A program made the translations under genes and the position numbers. Under the pieces are notes generated by a model that was not told where the DNA came from, made no database searches, and worked only from the letters and a program-made list of their open reading frames with translations. A stretch of DNA of 64,000 nt from positions 33,914,001 to 33,978,000 of the forward strand of contig CM069153.1 of NCBI GenBank assembly GCA_035221665.1, written 5' to 3'. The DNA is from Okamejei kenojei (taxonomy: Eukaryota). How positions within the stretch are numbered: position 1 is the first letter of the stretch; each line of letters starts with the position of its first letter. Below are positions 1-14,023 of this stretch, piece after piece.

Positions 1-2926
1 TCCCTTGAGAAATACAGATAAAGGTTTTACCACAGATGTAATAACTTAAGATACATTCCAAATATTTAAGTAGGATGAGAATTGTCACATTTCTGACAGA
101 TATATTTTGTTACTATTTTGTTGCAGGCAGGCAGTGCAAGACGTGTAAAGATAACTTTTTTCCAAAAATTAATATTCCATTTTTTTTAAATCCCTGTGAC
201 CTTACAGATGTTTTTACTCTATTGAACTGGGGTGTATAAGTTCATATCATTCACTATTCCAAAGAGCAAAGAGCTTCAGATGTGGTGTAATTTGATTTGC
301 CTGCAGGTTGTCACTTTGCTTTGCATGCTCCTCCTCCTATCGATCTTCAGCCGGTTCTTTCTGGTAATGTCAGCTCAGCTTCCCCACAGTCTGTGTCTCC
401 TTCCATCCTCTCACACTTTCTGCATCTTCCTCTCTTTCCGTCACCCTTTCACCTTAAAAATGAAATTAGCAGACTTTGAGCCCTTTTCTTTCATTTCTGA
501 AAAGATCTGTGACATAAATTTGATTTTTTTTTTTTAAAGTAATGGTTCATGATTGCACTTTTAAATTTGCAAAGATTAAAACATTTTCTGAAGTGATATG
601 AAAGAGCAAGTCTTCTTACAAGAAAAATTGTATTCACTATTCTAAATAATTTGATGCCCTATGTATCCCCAACAGTTTAACAAAGGGACTTTAGTGTTAC
701 ACAGATTGCTCCCTCTAGAGTTAAAGATGGAAAAGAATTAGATCAATCTAAATCCATAAATGTTAATGTGACAGCCTGTCTAGTGTCTGGCCACATTTCT
801 ATTTTTCCATTTTGATAATGTAAGACGTGACATTCAACTCTGTCCACTGCTAAACCATTCTGAAGTATTGTCTCTTCAATGCAAATGCAAATGAAAGAGA
901 CAACTACGTTAAATTGTTGAAGACAAAGCATTCCCAGATTGGTTGCTGCTGATGTTGTTCTAATATTGACACTTGCTTCAAAGAAGAAGAAAATCACATA
1001 CCACATATTGATTTATCATCTTATGATAACATTGCTTTTTTTTTTTAAGAGGAATAGCTATCAGTTGTTATCTCTCTCTTAGCGTTTCCTAAATATGTTT
1101 ATCATTCAATAGTTCATTCATTTTTGTCCTCCCATATAGACTGCGTGGAATATCGATTTGATTATCAATTGGCTGAGCAGGTGGAAACCACTCGGTCTAA
1201 TTTTTTTCGTCAAAAATATTTTTTAAACTTCAAACTTTGAAAACTCTAGTTAACCCTCTCTTCTTTTCTACCACTTTGTATGATTGCTGCCTGTAACTTT
1301 TCCAGAACCTGTCTTTTCCTGTTCCTTTCCTGTCACAATACTAAAATTTCCTATTGTAACACTTTCCAGAGAGAGCGTTTCTGTGTTCTATTATTGAATT
1401 GAGAGGACAAGCGATCTAATACAGAAAGCAAGTCAGACTTATGTTGGTCTTTGTTGTCAAGCCATTTTTCTGCTTCTGTTTTATACAAGGTACCATATCT
1501 GGTTTCAGACTGCGAACCAGCCGGAGCTGATAGGTTCACAGTCAGGAGCTGGAAAAGCTCTGATCTATCATATAGCACGCAAAATTAGTGATTCGGCTGT
1601 ATTGCCAAAGGCACACACCTCAGAATCTGGATCAAGCGGAACATAACAAGATTTTGGTGCTTTGGTCTTGCTGTCCATGAGACAGGCAGATTACAAAGCG
1701 CATCCCATGTAGGTGTTTCCAGCACAGATATTGGTTATATCACTGGAATTAATTTTGATACCAGTTCAAATTTCTTCCCTTTGTAGATAAATTAATGTGT
1801 ACAAAGGAGCAATTTCAATCTTTTCAATGGGAATCTCCAAAGCAATGTCCCACAATATATATATGAAGAAGGGTTTCAGCCCGAAATATTGCCTATTTCC
1901 TTCTATAGATGCTGCCTCACCTGCTGAGTTTCTCCAGCATTTTTGTCTACCTCCCATAAATATAATGTGGTCATGACCCAAAGACTCTGTTTAGTGACAT
2001 TTGTTGAGGAATAATATTGATCACTTTACCAAAGAGTACACTGTGCATTTTCTTTAGACTAGCACCATGGAATCGAGGGCAGACATTGCCCCTGTTTAAT
2101 AACTTTTCTGAAAAATAGCACCTTGGCCAGTGCAGCATTCCCTCACTGCTGAATTGGATTGTCAATCTAGATTTTGTATTTGTCTCCAGAATGGGGCTTG
2201 GAGACATAATCTTCCGATTTAAAGGTGAGAACCAAGTAGATTGCCTGTCAGAGGGATATTCCTTTCCAACATGTTTAACATCATTCTTAGTAGGTAAAAA
2301 CACTGAACTGTGAACATTATTGTGTGCCAGACCCTTACTCTTGAGAATATGTTCCGAGAGAGACAGAATGTTGAATTATGAGATGGACAACACAAAGGGG
2401 CTAAAATACTAGACAACTCAGACCATTAGAATTGTATTATGATCTGGCTTTGAACATAAATTGCAATAATATCCACATAAGTCTGACTTTATCATTTTTT
2501 AATAGAGATCCAGTTGTAAATTCCATTGATTCCATGGATCAGGATAATGTAGTTCAAAATTAGCCTTCCTTGCAGAAAAAAAATGATATTAAAAGATGGG
2601 GGATGTTATTAGCTAAATTGAATTCATGAGATCTGTTGAGCAGATCAAAGACAGCTGTCATATTAGATTGATAAATGTAAGAAAGTCAGAATTTTATTTT
2701 TCTTTAACTCCTCTTTCATCTGTGCGTCTCATGTTAAACGGACGGGCAGATTGTGAAAATGGTTATATTACTGAGTTATATAATGGTTGATTAGGTTTGT
2801 AGGGGGAAACCCATCATTCCTATCTGACATGGACTATATAAGATGCCAGAACTTAGTTGTAGCAAAACACCATCTGAAGGAGGTTTCCCACTATGAGAGC
2901 ATGGCTTATCATTACCTTCTCTAAGA

Positions 2927-3746
2927 TTTTTTTTTATTTTTTATTTCATTTAACCTTTATTTAACCAGCAGAAGTCTCATTGAGATTAAAAATCTCTTTT
3001 ACAAGAGAGTCCTGACCAAGACAGGCAGCAGCACAGTTTCCTAGTTACAGACAATAATTTAAAAACAACAGAGAACATATAACTAGAGTCACAGTCATAA
3101 CATCATCAAACAAAGCATGTACAGACAGAAGAGCCCGCTTCAACATCATTAAGAAGAGATTTAAATCTGTTTATAGAAACCAGCTCCTTAAGTTTCAGTT
3201 CATTCTGCAGCTGGTTCCATGCGAAGGGAGCAGCATAACTAAATGCCCTTTTCCCCAGTTCAGTACGGACATTAGGTACAGTTAGTAAGAACAAGTCCTC
3301 AGAGCGGAGCTGATAAGTTCCTGTGTTTTTTCGAATTACATACTTCTGCAGGTATGAAGGAAGAATACCGAGGATAGTCTTGTAAATAAGGATATGCCAA
3401 TGATGGAGTCTGCGGGTGGACAGGGCAAACCATCCAACTTGAGCATACAAAGAGCAGTGGTGCGTGAGGGTTTTAAAATTAGTAACAAATCTCAGTGCTC
3501 CGTGGTAGACCGTGTCCAAAGACTGTAGGCATTTTGAAGATGCATTCATATATAAAACATCACCATAGTCCAACACAGAGATAAACGTTGCAGCAACAAG
3601 CCTTTTTTTGGCTTCAAAAGAAAAACAAGATTTGTTTCTAAAGTAAAAACCTAATTTTATCTTTAGTGTTTTCACAAGTTGCTGGATATGAGATTTAAAA
3701 GAGAGAGAATCATCAATTATAATTCCCAGATAATTATATTGAGATA
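2927..3746 (-). mobile_element. 5'-truncated non-LTR retrotransposon (L2/CR1-group) with uninterrupted ORF2 C-terminus, 3' UTR and A-rich tail
   Basis: ORF 3106..3792 has YLGIIIDDSLSF, LDYGD and GKRAFSYAAP..WN.L (RT thumb and C-terminal motifs). The minus-strand end reads CTGGTTAAATAAAGGTTAAATGAAATAAAAAATAAAAAAAAA. Confidence 0.88.
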
Positions 3747-6700
3747 GTGAATAAGTGATAAAGACAGACCTTGATGACAATGCTTTCAGCAACTCGATTT
3801 AAAAATGCCGGTATCCCATTTCCAAAAATGCAATATGTCATATTTAGATTCACCAGGTGGTCAATAAAAAACTAGCATAGCTTGATCTCCACTTCGTTTC
3901 CTCTCCCTTTCCCATTGGAGTGTGTTCCATAAATTTGTCAGTATTAGAAATTGCCCCATGATGTGATTCCAGAAGTAAGAGGAAGTAAGATTCGAAGCTC
4001 GACTTCCAGCCTTTCAATCCATTTGGCCATGACGCAACCTCTATTTATATTTAAAAGTTATTAAGTATTTTTCCATCCTCTTGGTGTTGTGCAATTTGAA
4101 TTGTTCATTGAATGATCTTTACTTTAGCCAACTGAATGGAAGAATTTTCTGCACAAATGGATGGTAAATACACACGTCAAAATTAAAAGATTTATAAATG
4201 ATAAACTACAAAAGATAATTTATTTCCATCAGTTTACATAGTCATTGACTCCATCTAATTTATTAACCTTCTGATAATTACATTTGTTCCTAATTCCCCA
4301 AGGTAGTCAAATATAATCTACAGGATATTAATGTAATATTGCAGTCTTCATTATTCAACCTAAAGTCAGTAGTCGGTTGATTTGTCTCTGCACACTACAG
4401 AATGAGACTTGCAGTATTTCACAATGCAGGATGATGTTTACTATGGATATTCAAAGATTACCACCAGAACTCCAATAAATCCTCATTCCTATTGTGCCTT
4501 CTGATTGGGTTTTATAGGATTATACCAAAAAAACAACTCCCACTGAGTTCTTAATTTAATTTTAAGAGCATAAAACCATTTGACCCATCTAGACTTGCCT
4601 TCAAACTGTCTGTCTATCATCCACCCTGCCTTGCACTCCACATTTAATCTTCCGTGAAAATCTCAGCATAATTCCCTCCTTTACCCCCAAAGGTAATTGC
4701 AAAGAAGTCAACAATAATCAATAATTTCCCTGCCGATAGGATTTATCCCTGCCATGTCAATACTTTATTTACATTGACTGTGGTACAGTAAACTCCTTCA
4801 AAGATCTCAACCAACCTCCAGTCTTTGAAATTTAATGACAATGAATTGATTTATTCAGATGCTACTGAAACAAGGATTAGCTCAAAGCAGGAAGCTACTT
4901 ACACTTAATGGATACTGTATCTTCAAGATTAAGCATATAATAATGCCATGACACAGACATATTACATCTGAAGATTCTTTAGCAAATGCAAGACCAATCT
5001 TTCCACTTATGCACATTGGAGCTTTTAGTCATATGGCATTCAATCCCAAATGTAGCTAGCTCTGCCGTTCCTGTGATGTTAGGCCGTCCTCAAGGAGTAC
5101 TAACTCTTGAGAACATGGCCATATTTATAGATCTTCATCAATTAGCCACAGCACAAGGTGGGCAATATCATTTTAAGATTGCTGAAGGTTCAATGAATTG
5201 TCAATGTAAGTAGGCAGTAACAACTTATAAAGCCACTGTCAAAGTTTTCAAATTAACATTGTTGAGCCAGGAGCTCTCTTTCACAACAGGACTTAATAAG
5301 GCAGCATTTAAGTAGATACTAGTTTTTGAACAGTGAAGGAATCTAATATGGCAGCTGTATGGCTGTGTTTTTCTTTTGTTTTACACTATGGCTTGTATTA
5401 CAAATTATAATTTCATAGCAAAACTGAATACAATTTCCATTGATCTATCGTTTTCTGCTTTTTTTTACACCAAAACCAATGTAGCAGTTCCAGAATAGTC
5501 ATCTCAAATCAAGAAATCTCTCTCTGGAATATTTCTGAATTATTGTCTGTTTCAGCCTATTATTGTTGATTGGAAAAGTCTCAACCTGGAAAAAAGGTCC
5601 AGTAATGGTAGAATCAAATCCAAAAGTTGTTTTTATTTTAATGTTATTCTTGGGGTTTTCTTCAGTATATTAAGTATTGTGTAATTCTGCCAACAGCTAC
5701 CCATGCAACCAAAACACAATCAACAGGTAAGCCAGCCAGATTCTCAGTCAAGAGAACAGAGCTGTTGCCGTGGGTGATATTTATCAAGGTGACACCACAT
5801 CTTTGTGCTGTCCCCTCCTAAGCCACCAGACTGTGACTTCAGAGTGTAGAATCTTATACGGCCAAATTTCATTATAAGGGGTAAAAGGTACCCTTGGTCC
5901 ATCTTTTTCTCATTTGTAAGCAGGTAACTCAAATCTCATCCTATTCACCATTGCCCAAACCATAGGCGTCCCAGATCGTTAGTGTGGATTTTCCCCTGGA
6001 AATCCCCACATCCTATCTCCAAAAGTAATTGCACCATTTCTTCGAGAGTAAAAGTGGGAGGTTGTGATACCCGCTGATGACATTTCCAGGCAGATGTTAT
6101 CTCGTGACCAGCATTATGAGAAGAATTAATTATTAATATATATCTGCATTCGCTAACAACAGGCTAAACTAAGCACATGTTGAATAAACATTTATACAAT
6201 TGAGCCCTGTGTTACTGTGCATACATCCAGCATTCTGATGTTGCTATTAAATTACAAAGCACAGATGTTAAAGTAAACACAAGTAATCTCTGTCACCACG
6301 AATCATCGAGATTTATGTATCTAACTCAGCAAGGTAAAGATCAATTGTGACAAACTACTGTTTTCACAAAATTATTGTTATGAACTAATCCTCACCCATG
6401 TCTAATCTAATGCTGTATCTTTATACTCTCTGTCAGAGACAAATGGAGAGAGTGCCTATAATGTTGCTGATTTTTAAAACATGAATTTTAAGTTAAGCTG
6501 ACCTTGAGATACATTTTCTCAGTAATGTCCAAACTAATAGCTCAAAATTCCCCAGTCCAGGCAAAACACTGTTCTCTGGAATAGATGTCAAATAAATGTT
6601 TGCTGTCAACTTTAATCAGATTTGCAGTTGTTAAATCTGAGACAGTAAAACTGGGTGAAAATGTTCTCTGGGAGGCAGTAAAACAAGCTCGACTCCCATG

Positions 6701-9649
6701 TATGAAATTAATTAAAGTAGGTTCAATCCTCTCCCTCCTCACTCATCCCAACCCAAGCTTATCAGATTAATTATATGAGCAATATCCTGAACAACATAAA
6801 GAATACGTTTCCTATCATTTTACTTACATTTTTTTCATCCCAAAGGCAGACTCAGAAAGATCACTGTGGTTTGTCTTCATGTGTGTTTGTCATATTGTTT
6901 TATTATTTAATACTGTCTTTGTGAAGTAAGTGTTTGTATGTTTCTTCATAGTGTGTCCAACTGTCTACTGTGTTGCAATGTTTCAATGGCCTTTGCAAAT
7001 GTGTACTAATGATCTCTGAAACTAGGGAGTGCCAGGAACGACACTAACACAGTTTTTTATCGGTGCAAATGTCTCTTTCCCCAGACTGTCCAGAACATTA
7101 CATACTGGCAATTTAGGTTTACTACATATTGTATGTTAGGTTTACATGGAAATTGATGCATCTTCACATCAGGAACTTCGCACAATGAAGATACAAATTT
7201 ACGTTGTACAAGCAAGTGTTTAAAATACTGTGTTTGATTGCCATTGGCTCAGGCTAAAATTTTCTCCTGTGTAGTTGATGAAAAAATCCAGTCAAGTTTT
7301 TCACTTGCGAGTAACGATACCAAAGTGAAAATAAGAAACAATATCCAATATGTGCCATTACTGTTCCTTGACAATAAGTTAATGAACTGTATTTGAATTT
7401 ATCCCAAATCATTTTTCTAAATCGGACACCTCTAGTGTAAGGATCTACAATGAAATAACCAGCAATTCAAACGTGTAGTGAATAGGTCTCTCACTGCACC
7501 ATAACTTGCATTTAATGTAGAAACTCCCAAAGTGCTTACATGTTCATCGAAATTTTGTAAAACCTCGTATTGCTCAGAATTGAAATACAGTGGCTTGATA
7601 GATTTATTGTGACACCAGTCACTACCATGGCAGGTTACAGGATGGAATGATACTGAAGGATTTTCTGAGTGAAAAAGACATTTTGCTCATGCATTGCTGT
7701 TAAAAGCTGTAAAGTTAGCCATAAACTTGAAGGATACCATTCTTTTATTTTTTGCCTATCAGGAGCGTGGCTTACCATAGGCAAAGCAACTGAACAGTCA
7801 ATGCTCTGATGTAGTATTGTGAACACATTTGAAAGTTGAAATGTTGAAATCAGTATGTTGAGGAGATTTGAACTTTAATAAGGAAAAGAATGGTAGAGAG
7901 TTCATTCAACTCCTTTCTGCACCATCCTCCATTCAGGAAGCAAGCTCCTTTGAATTCTCCATGTGCCAACCAATGAAACTAGCCACCAAGGAATGGAAGT
8001 GTAATCAATTACAATGTAAGATACAATAATTAATCTTGAGGTAAAGCTTATTTCAAGCCTTAAGCTTTCTTCAGATTACATCATGAATTCATCAGTTCTT
8101 GCCAGTGGTTCTGCAGGGCGAGCAACAGACCTCTCTACCATTCCTTCTGAGCCAAATCTCTTGAAACCATGCTGAGAATATGTCCGGATTGTCCCATTAA
8201 TGTTGTTTGATGGCTGGGTTTACAGCTTAATTGTGTCCAACCTGTATGTTATAATGAACTGTGTGACTTTCATTTGCTGATTGTTTATCTGTTTCCCAGT
8301 TTATAGAGACCACATGCTCTAGCACTTGATTACCTGTTAGTTTTGTTTTCAGTCAGTCTAATCCTGTCCAGTTGAGTTGAGAATGTGGATATATTCTCAG
8401 AATCTAATCGCCACTCTTTGTTCTCTGTAATATCTTTTGTTCGCTGTTCAAGCGTGTGTATTCTGATGCATGTTGAAGGGCCTATGAATTGTCTGTATTT
8501 CCCAAGACTAAACGGTTTGTTGTTTGAATCACTGAATGAATTATAAGGAGTCATGGACAATACTGTGAAGAATTACTATTAAAACATAAAATGCATGAAA
8601 CGCTCAGCAAGTCAGGCAACATTTGATGAAAGAGAAAGAGAGTTTCAGGCTGAAGACATTTCCTTCCGAAAATAAAACTCTTGTTTCTCTTTCCACAGAT
8701 GCTGCCTGCCCTGCTGACTGTTACATCATTTTCTGTTTCATGTCAGATTTCTGCCATTTGCAGGTTTTTTGATTTTCACTTACTGTGAAAAGTGTTGTCG
8801 ATTTTGCAAGCAGAGAATGGTCTCATTAAACCCATTACCTTTTTCAAACAGTTGTTTTGTTATTTTGAACTGAAAAATACCTGTAATTGCTATATAAATA
8901 AATCAGAGGGTGGTGGAGCAGTGGCTGAGCACACTGACTATCCTGCAGTTGAAATCAGCATTGATTGATGAGTTGGAGGTGTCCTTTAACTTAGGGCCAT
9001 GGCAATCTGCCAAAGCCTCCTTCCCTGTCTCTTACCCCTTAGAGCCCAAAATATCACCCTCCCTGTGTATCTTTGAAGGGAGACTAAGATAAAAGTAATA
9101 GCAATTGGGCATTGGCTCCCATTAAGACAATAGGAGAAACTATTAATTCAGTCACCATTTTACAACCTGCAGATTTCTCAAAAACTGACTTGCACACCAG
9201 CACAAATTGGTTTCATGCCCAAGTTTATAGATTATAAAAACAGAAACAGATGAAGATCACTTGATTCTTAACCTTCTACTAACTCTTACTTTTAGACTCA
9301 CAACTCCACTCATTCTGATTGACCTGCCAAAATGCCTTTTCATTAGGGCTGTAAATTAATCAGCATAAAGGTCCACAAATTGCACTATTGTAAATTAGCA
9401 TGTTCGCTCCTTAATTCTTTAATTGTACATTCTAGTTGAAAAAAAGATGAAACAAAGTTTTTATTTGTAAAATGTAAACATTGGACCTGTCAGTCCCTTC
9501 ATGAGCTAAAGAAGATCCCAAAACTGCCTGAACACAACTGCAGCCCCACCTCCCAGTATCACGGATAAATGGAACCACCAATATCACTCACTCAGCGCCA
9601 GCACAAGGTCAGGCAACACCCTGAGCACCAGCACATTGACGAGGCCAAA

Positions 9650-10830
9650 AGAGAGCCAGGAGTAGGGTTGGAGGAAAAGGTAGGGAAGGAAGAAAAAGGG
9701 AAGCAGCAGGGATGAGGATGGAGTGAGCAGGCAAAAGTAAGGGGGTGGTGAAGGAGAGGGAATATAGTTGAGGAGAGAACACGGGGGAGGGATTAAGTTA
9801 GTGAATGCGGCCAAAGTGAGGAGAAGAGAGGACAGGAAGTTAAGAAAGAGGGAGGGAGGAAGGAGAGAAAGAGCAAGTGGGGAAAGGAGAGAAGAGGGAA
9901 AGACAGTAGGCAAAAGGGAGCAGGAACAGGTGAGTGGTATAGGGAATAAGGAGAGAGGCAAAGTCAGGTAGAGAGAGAAGAGTGAGTATGATGAAGAGGA
10001 ACAGAGGTGGGAGTGAAAGATAGTGGGCAGAGAAGCAGCAGGTGGGGACAGAATGTGGGAGTGAGATTGAAACGAGAGAGCAGGAGAAAGCAAGGAGACG
10101 AGGAGAGAAGGTTTGGGGTACAGAGTGGGGAAAATAAAAAGTGAGAAAGATCGGGGAGTTAGATAGAAAAGAAGGAGGGATAGAGAGACAGAACAGGGGA
10201 AAGAAAGAAGAAGGAGATAGTGTTGGAAGCGAGAGAGAGTATGGGAAGAGAAGGTGGAGGGAGCTGGGGGATGGGTTAAAGGAGAATGAACATAAGCATT
10301 AATGGCAATTTCTCTCCCGACAGTTCTTCCTACTTTGTCTAGCTCCTCCTTCCATATCTGTTTACCTCTTTCATGCTCTTACTTTCATGTTCCATCTCCT
10401 TTCACTTTTCAGCTTTTTTCTCTGTCTAACTTACCACTCTCTTTTTCCACTCCATTCCCCCCTATGCCATATTTCCACCCACTCTTCCTTTACTATCTTC
10501 CCGTTCTCTCTCTCTACCCCTCTCCGTTCTCATTCTTCTCCCTCTCTTTCTCCTTCCTCCCCATCTCTCTCCCCATAGCATCTCCTTCACTTCCCCACTC
10601 TCTCTTTCACTTTATTCCTCCCTATCTACCCTTTGTAATCCAATTTGTCCTTTTCTCTTTTACCTTTCCAGGTTCTCTCTTTCTCCCTTTTCATTTCTAT
10701 CCTCTCACATTTCATTTTCTCTCCTTCATCTCCATTCTCTTTCCCTTATCATCATTGTCTATCTCCCCCTTTATCTCCCTCTCCTCCCTAAACCTATTTT
10801 CACTATCTTTTCCATTAACTCCCCACAGAT
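9650..10830. repeat. Low-complexity purine tract followed by pyrimidine tract
   Basis: G/A-rich at about 9650-10290, then C/T-rich at about 10300-10830. Confidence 0.85.
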
Positions 10831-11161
10831 TCTATCACATCGATACACTTGTGGTAATGTACAGTGGCCCATTATACCACCAGCCCAAACATCATTGGGA
10901 CATGTAAGGAAACTAAAGCATACAGAGGAACGCACACAGTCTCAAATACACTCTTCATAACCATTCATTATCCTGATAACATGCATTATCAATACCTTCC
11001 TGAGATTGATAACCAGAATTTTCTGCATATCTCCCCCAATCTAACACGCAAACAACAATTTATATACTCCTACCATGGGATTTTATTTGTTTAATAAATT
11101 TCCAAATAATATTTGGGGAGAGTTTAAAGAGACCATTATAATTCTGAGTTTAGTCTTTTAT

Positions 11162-11450
11162 AGTGGCACAGCAGTAGAGCTGCTGCCTTACAGTGCCGGT
11201 GATCCTGGCTAGTCGATCCTGACTACGGGTGCTGTCTGTATGGAGTTTGTACATTTTCCCCGTAACAACGTGGGTTTTCTCTGGATACACTGGTTTCCTC
11301 CCACATTCCAAAGACATGCAGGTTTGTATGTTAATTGGCTTCTGTAAATTGTCCCCAGTGCGTAGGATAGAACTAGTGTATGGATATTACTGGTCAGCGC
11401 GGACTCAGTGGGCTGAAGGGCCTGTTTCCACGCTGTATCTCTAAAACGAA
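11162..11450 (+). mobile_element. V-SINE (HE1-like) copy
   Basis: Same head, V-domain and tail as the 12218 copy. Confidence 0.85.
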
Positions 11451-12217
11451 ATATTTCAAAGTTATTGCTTTCTTTTCATACAGCATTCGGAAAAGTGATC
11501 AGAATATTAGTCGGAAATGGATTAAGGCCCATGATTCCTTATCAAAGATTGTTTCATAATAATCTAAACTTTACCAACTGCATGGAGATTAATTTTGCCA
11601 TTGAAGACTAAAGAAAAAGTTACTACTAATGGTGTTCAGCTGCATAATTAGCATGTTAGATCATCAAAACATCATATTGGATTACTTAAATTTCAAAGCT
11701 GTGTCTGGTTCAGCAGGCAATTTGGGTTTAAATTATAAAGAAAAAACTTTAATGTACTAATTTGAATCTGCGTGTGGGTTAGGGGCTGCTCATTAGATCT
11801 GTAAACACATTGTGCAGAAAGGTTTAAGGTATCAAATTAATCATTTTTAATATTAACCATGATTTAGTGCAAATTTGACTGCTTTTGTTCTCCTTAATTC
11901 GCCTACTTTCCCTCAATTATTGCAATTTGCATTTCCTTAGTCCCAATCATTCTGCATCACCTTGAAATATTAGAGTCTTAAAAGGCATGCAAAAAGTGCG
12001 GAATAGCAAATTTCGCAATCTAATTTAAGGTAGTGATTTTTTTTTCTCTGATTGGAGCAATAGGATAGTAAAAGTATAAAATTATGAAGGACCCACAGCC
12101 CTAGTGCTAAACAAAATGTATTAGTGTAAACATGCAATAATTGCCAATGAAAATACCTTATCCTCGCAGGATAATTGGAATTACAGTAACCCCTTGCTAT
12201 AATTGACCACACGGGGA

Positions 12218-12558
12218 GGGCGGCACGGTGGCGCAGCGGTAGAGTTGCTGCCTTACAGTGCTTGCAGCGCTGAAGACCTGGGTTCAATCCCGACTATGGG
12301 TGTTGGCTGTACAGAGTTTGTACGTTCTCCCCGTGACTGTATGGGTTTTCCCTGAGATCTTTGGTTTCCTCCCACACTCCAAAGATGTACAGGTTTGTAG
12401 GTTAATTGGCTTGGTTTGTATACTTGGTATTAGTGTAAATTGTGCCTAGCGTGTGTAGGGTAGCGTTAATGTGCGGGGATCGCTAATCGGTGTGGACTCG
12501 GTGGGCCGAAGGGCCTGTTTCAGCGCTGTATCTCTAAATTAAACTAAACTAAAACTAA
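12218..12558 (+). mobile_element. tRNA-derived V-SINE (HE1-like), full length
   Basis: Head GGGCGGCACGGTGGCGCAGCGGTAGAG with A box and B box GGTTCAATCC; central GGTTTCCTCCCACACTCCAAAGA; CR1-like tail followed by (AAACT)n. Confidence 0.88.
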
Positions 12559-14023
12559 GATGGTGTCCATAATTATCGATTATCCACTACAACTAAATAA
12601 GGGGGTTAATATGTACAGTATTCATGGAAAACAGACAATAAACATACACTACACAGTAAACAGTAAAGGACACAAAATACACAATACATTGGAACGGCAC
12701 AGAGGCGCCACAGTAGAGTTGCTACCTTAGTGACCCGGGTTCAGTCCTGACCTTGGGTGCTCCCTGTGGCTGCGTGGATTTTCTCCAGGTGCTCCAGTGC
12801 ACTGGTTTGATGATACACACTGTAATGTGTGGGGTGGAGCTGGTGTGCCATTTTGATAGGAATAATATCAGGTTAATTAAATGTTGCCTTAATTGTGTCC
12901 CTCAATTCTTCACTTCCTACATTTAGAATTTTGTAACTATTTTTTTTTAAATAACTATAAGAAATTGATTTCTGTATATGTTCAAAACTAAAAGCAGTTA
13001 AAATAAATTTAACCGTTGCATTCCCTCAGTACTGCACTGGAGCTCCAGCTGAGGTTATAGAAAAGGAGAAGACTAATTGGTGACAATGGATTTTACAGAG
13101 TTGCTCTTTCTGCATATGTTGCCCATGACTACAGTATATTGAGCAGTCCGGTGTAAATTGCAGCTAACTTAATTGCAACACTGCGGCTTGAGATTGTTAA
13201 AAAAACAAAATCACAAAACTAATGGGTTGCATTCAGATCTCTATGGCGACTAATTCTATCTGCACATTACTCATGCTGATTACTTAAGACATTCAGTGTC
13301 AAAAGAACAATTCAATCAACCTTAATCCTTGGGTGAATGTGAGATTCACAAGATTTTTTTAGGAGTGCAACTTTATTTAAAGACTAGCGCTATTCAAATA
13401 AATTTAGACACAAATGGAAGGAAACTTTCTTATTTGGTAATATTCATATTTTGTGCTTGTAACAGAAAAAATCTCAAAAGCAGAGTTTCCAACCCTATAT
13501 TAATTGTGTTGGATTCTCTAACTCTTTATTCTATTGCAAGCTTTGTTGATGACAGCAGACCCTGTGACTGGCATCATATTCTCAAGACTATTATTAAGTA
13601 GAAAATGTACCGACTGTTCAAGTGACTTGAGTTTTAATAGTCTGAATTAGAAGTTCTCGAGTAAATCTGAGGAAGGCTGGATTATACGTTTATGAATTAA
13701 TCCTAAGCCTTTGAAGTGTGAAGTGGGGGGACTAGATGATAATTCCTGGCAATGTATGGCAGTTAAGAAACATGTGGAGCTAAGCACCACAGAACTCAAG
13801 TCACAGGATGATCAACAGACATTAATGGATTTATGTGATGCCAAGATGGTGTTCTGCCCATCTGATTTTCCAATAAACAGGTACCATTCTGTTTTTTGCA
13901 GGTTGCTTTTGACACTGAATAACCAATATTCTGGCATTATATCAGCTCAACTATGTAAAATAAAGTGAAAAAAATTTAATTTTGATCTAAATATATTTTC
14001 TTTAATATCTTGCCTCCATTTAG

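Noticed and set aside
6405-6415. ATCTAATGCTG, resembling the start of mammalian exon 26
   Set aside because: There is no AG acceptor before it and no similarity beyond 11 nt.
9584-10907. ORFs of 169 and 201 aa (S/L/P/F-rich)
   Set aside because: They are artefacts of stop-poor pyrimidine tracts.
12218-12295. tRNA gene
   Set aside because: The A and B boxes belong to a SINE head, and no complete cloverleaf is evident.
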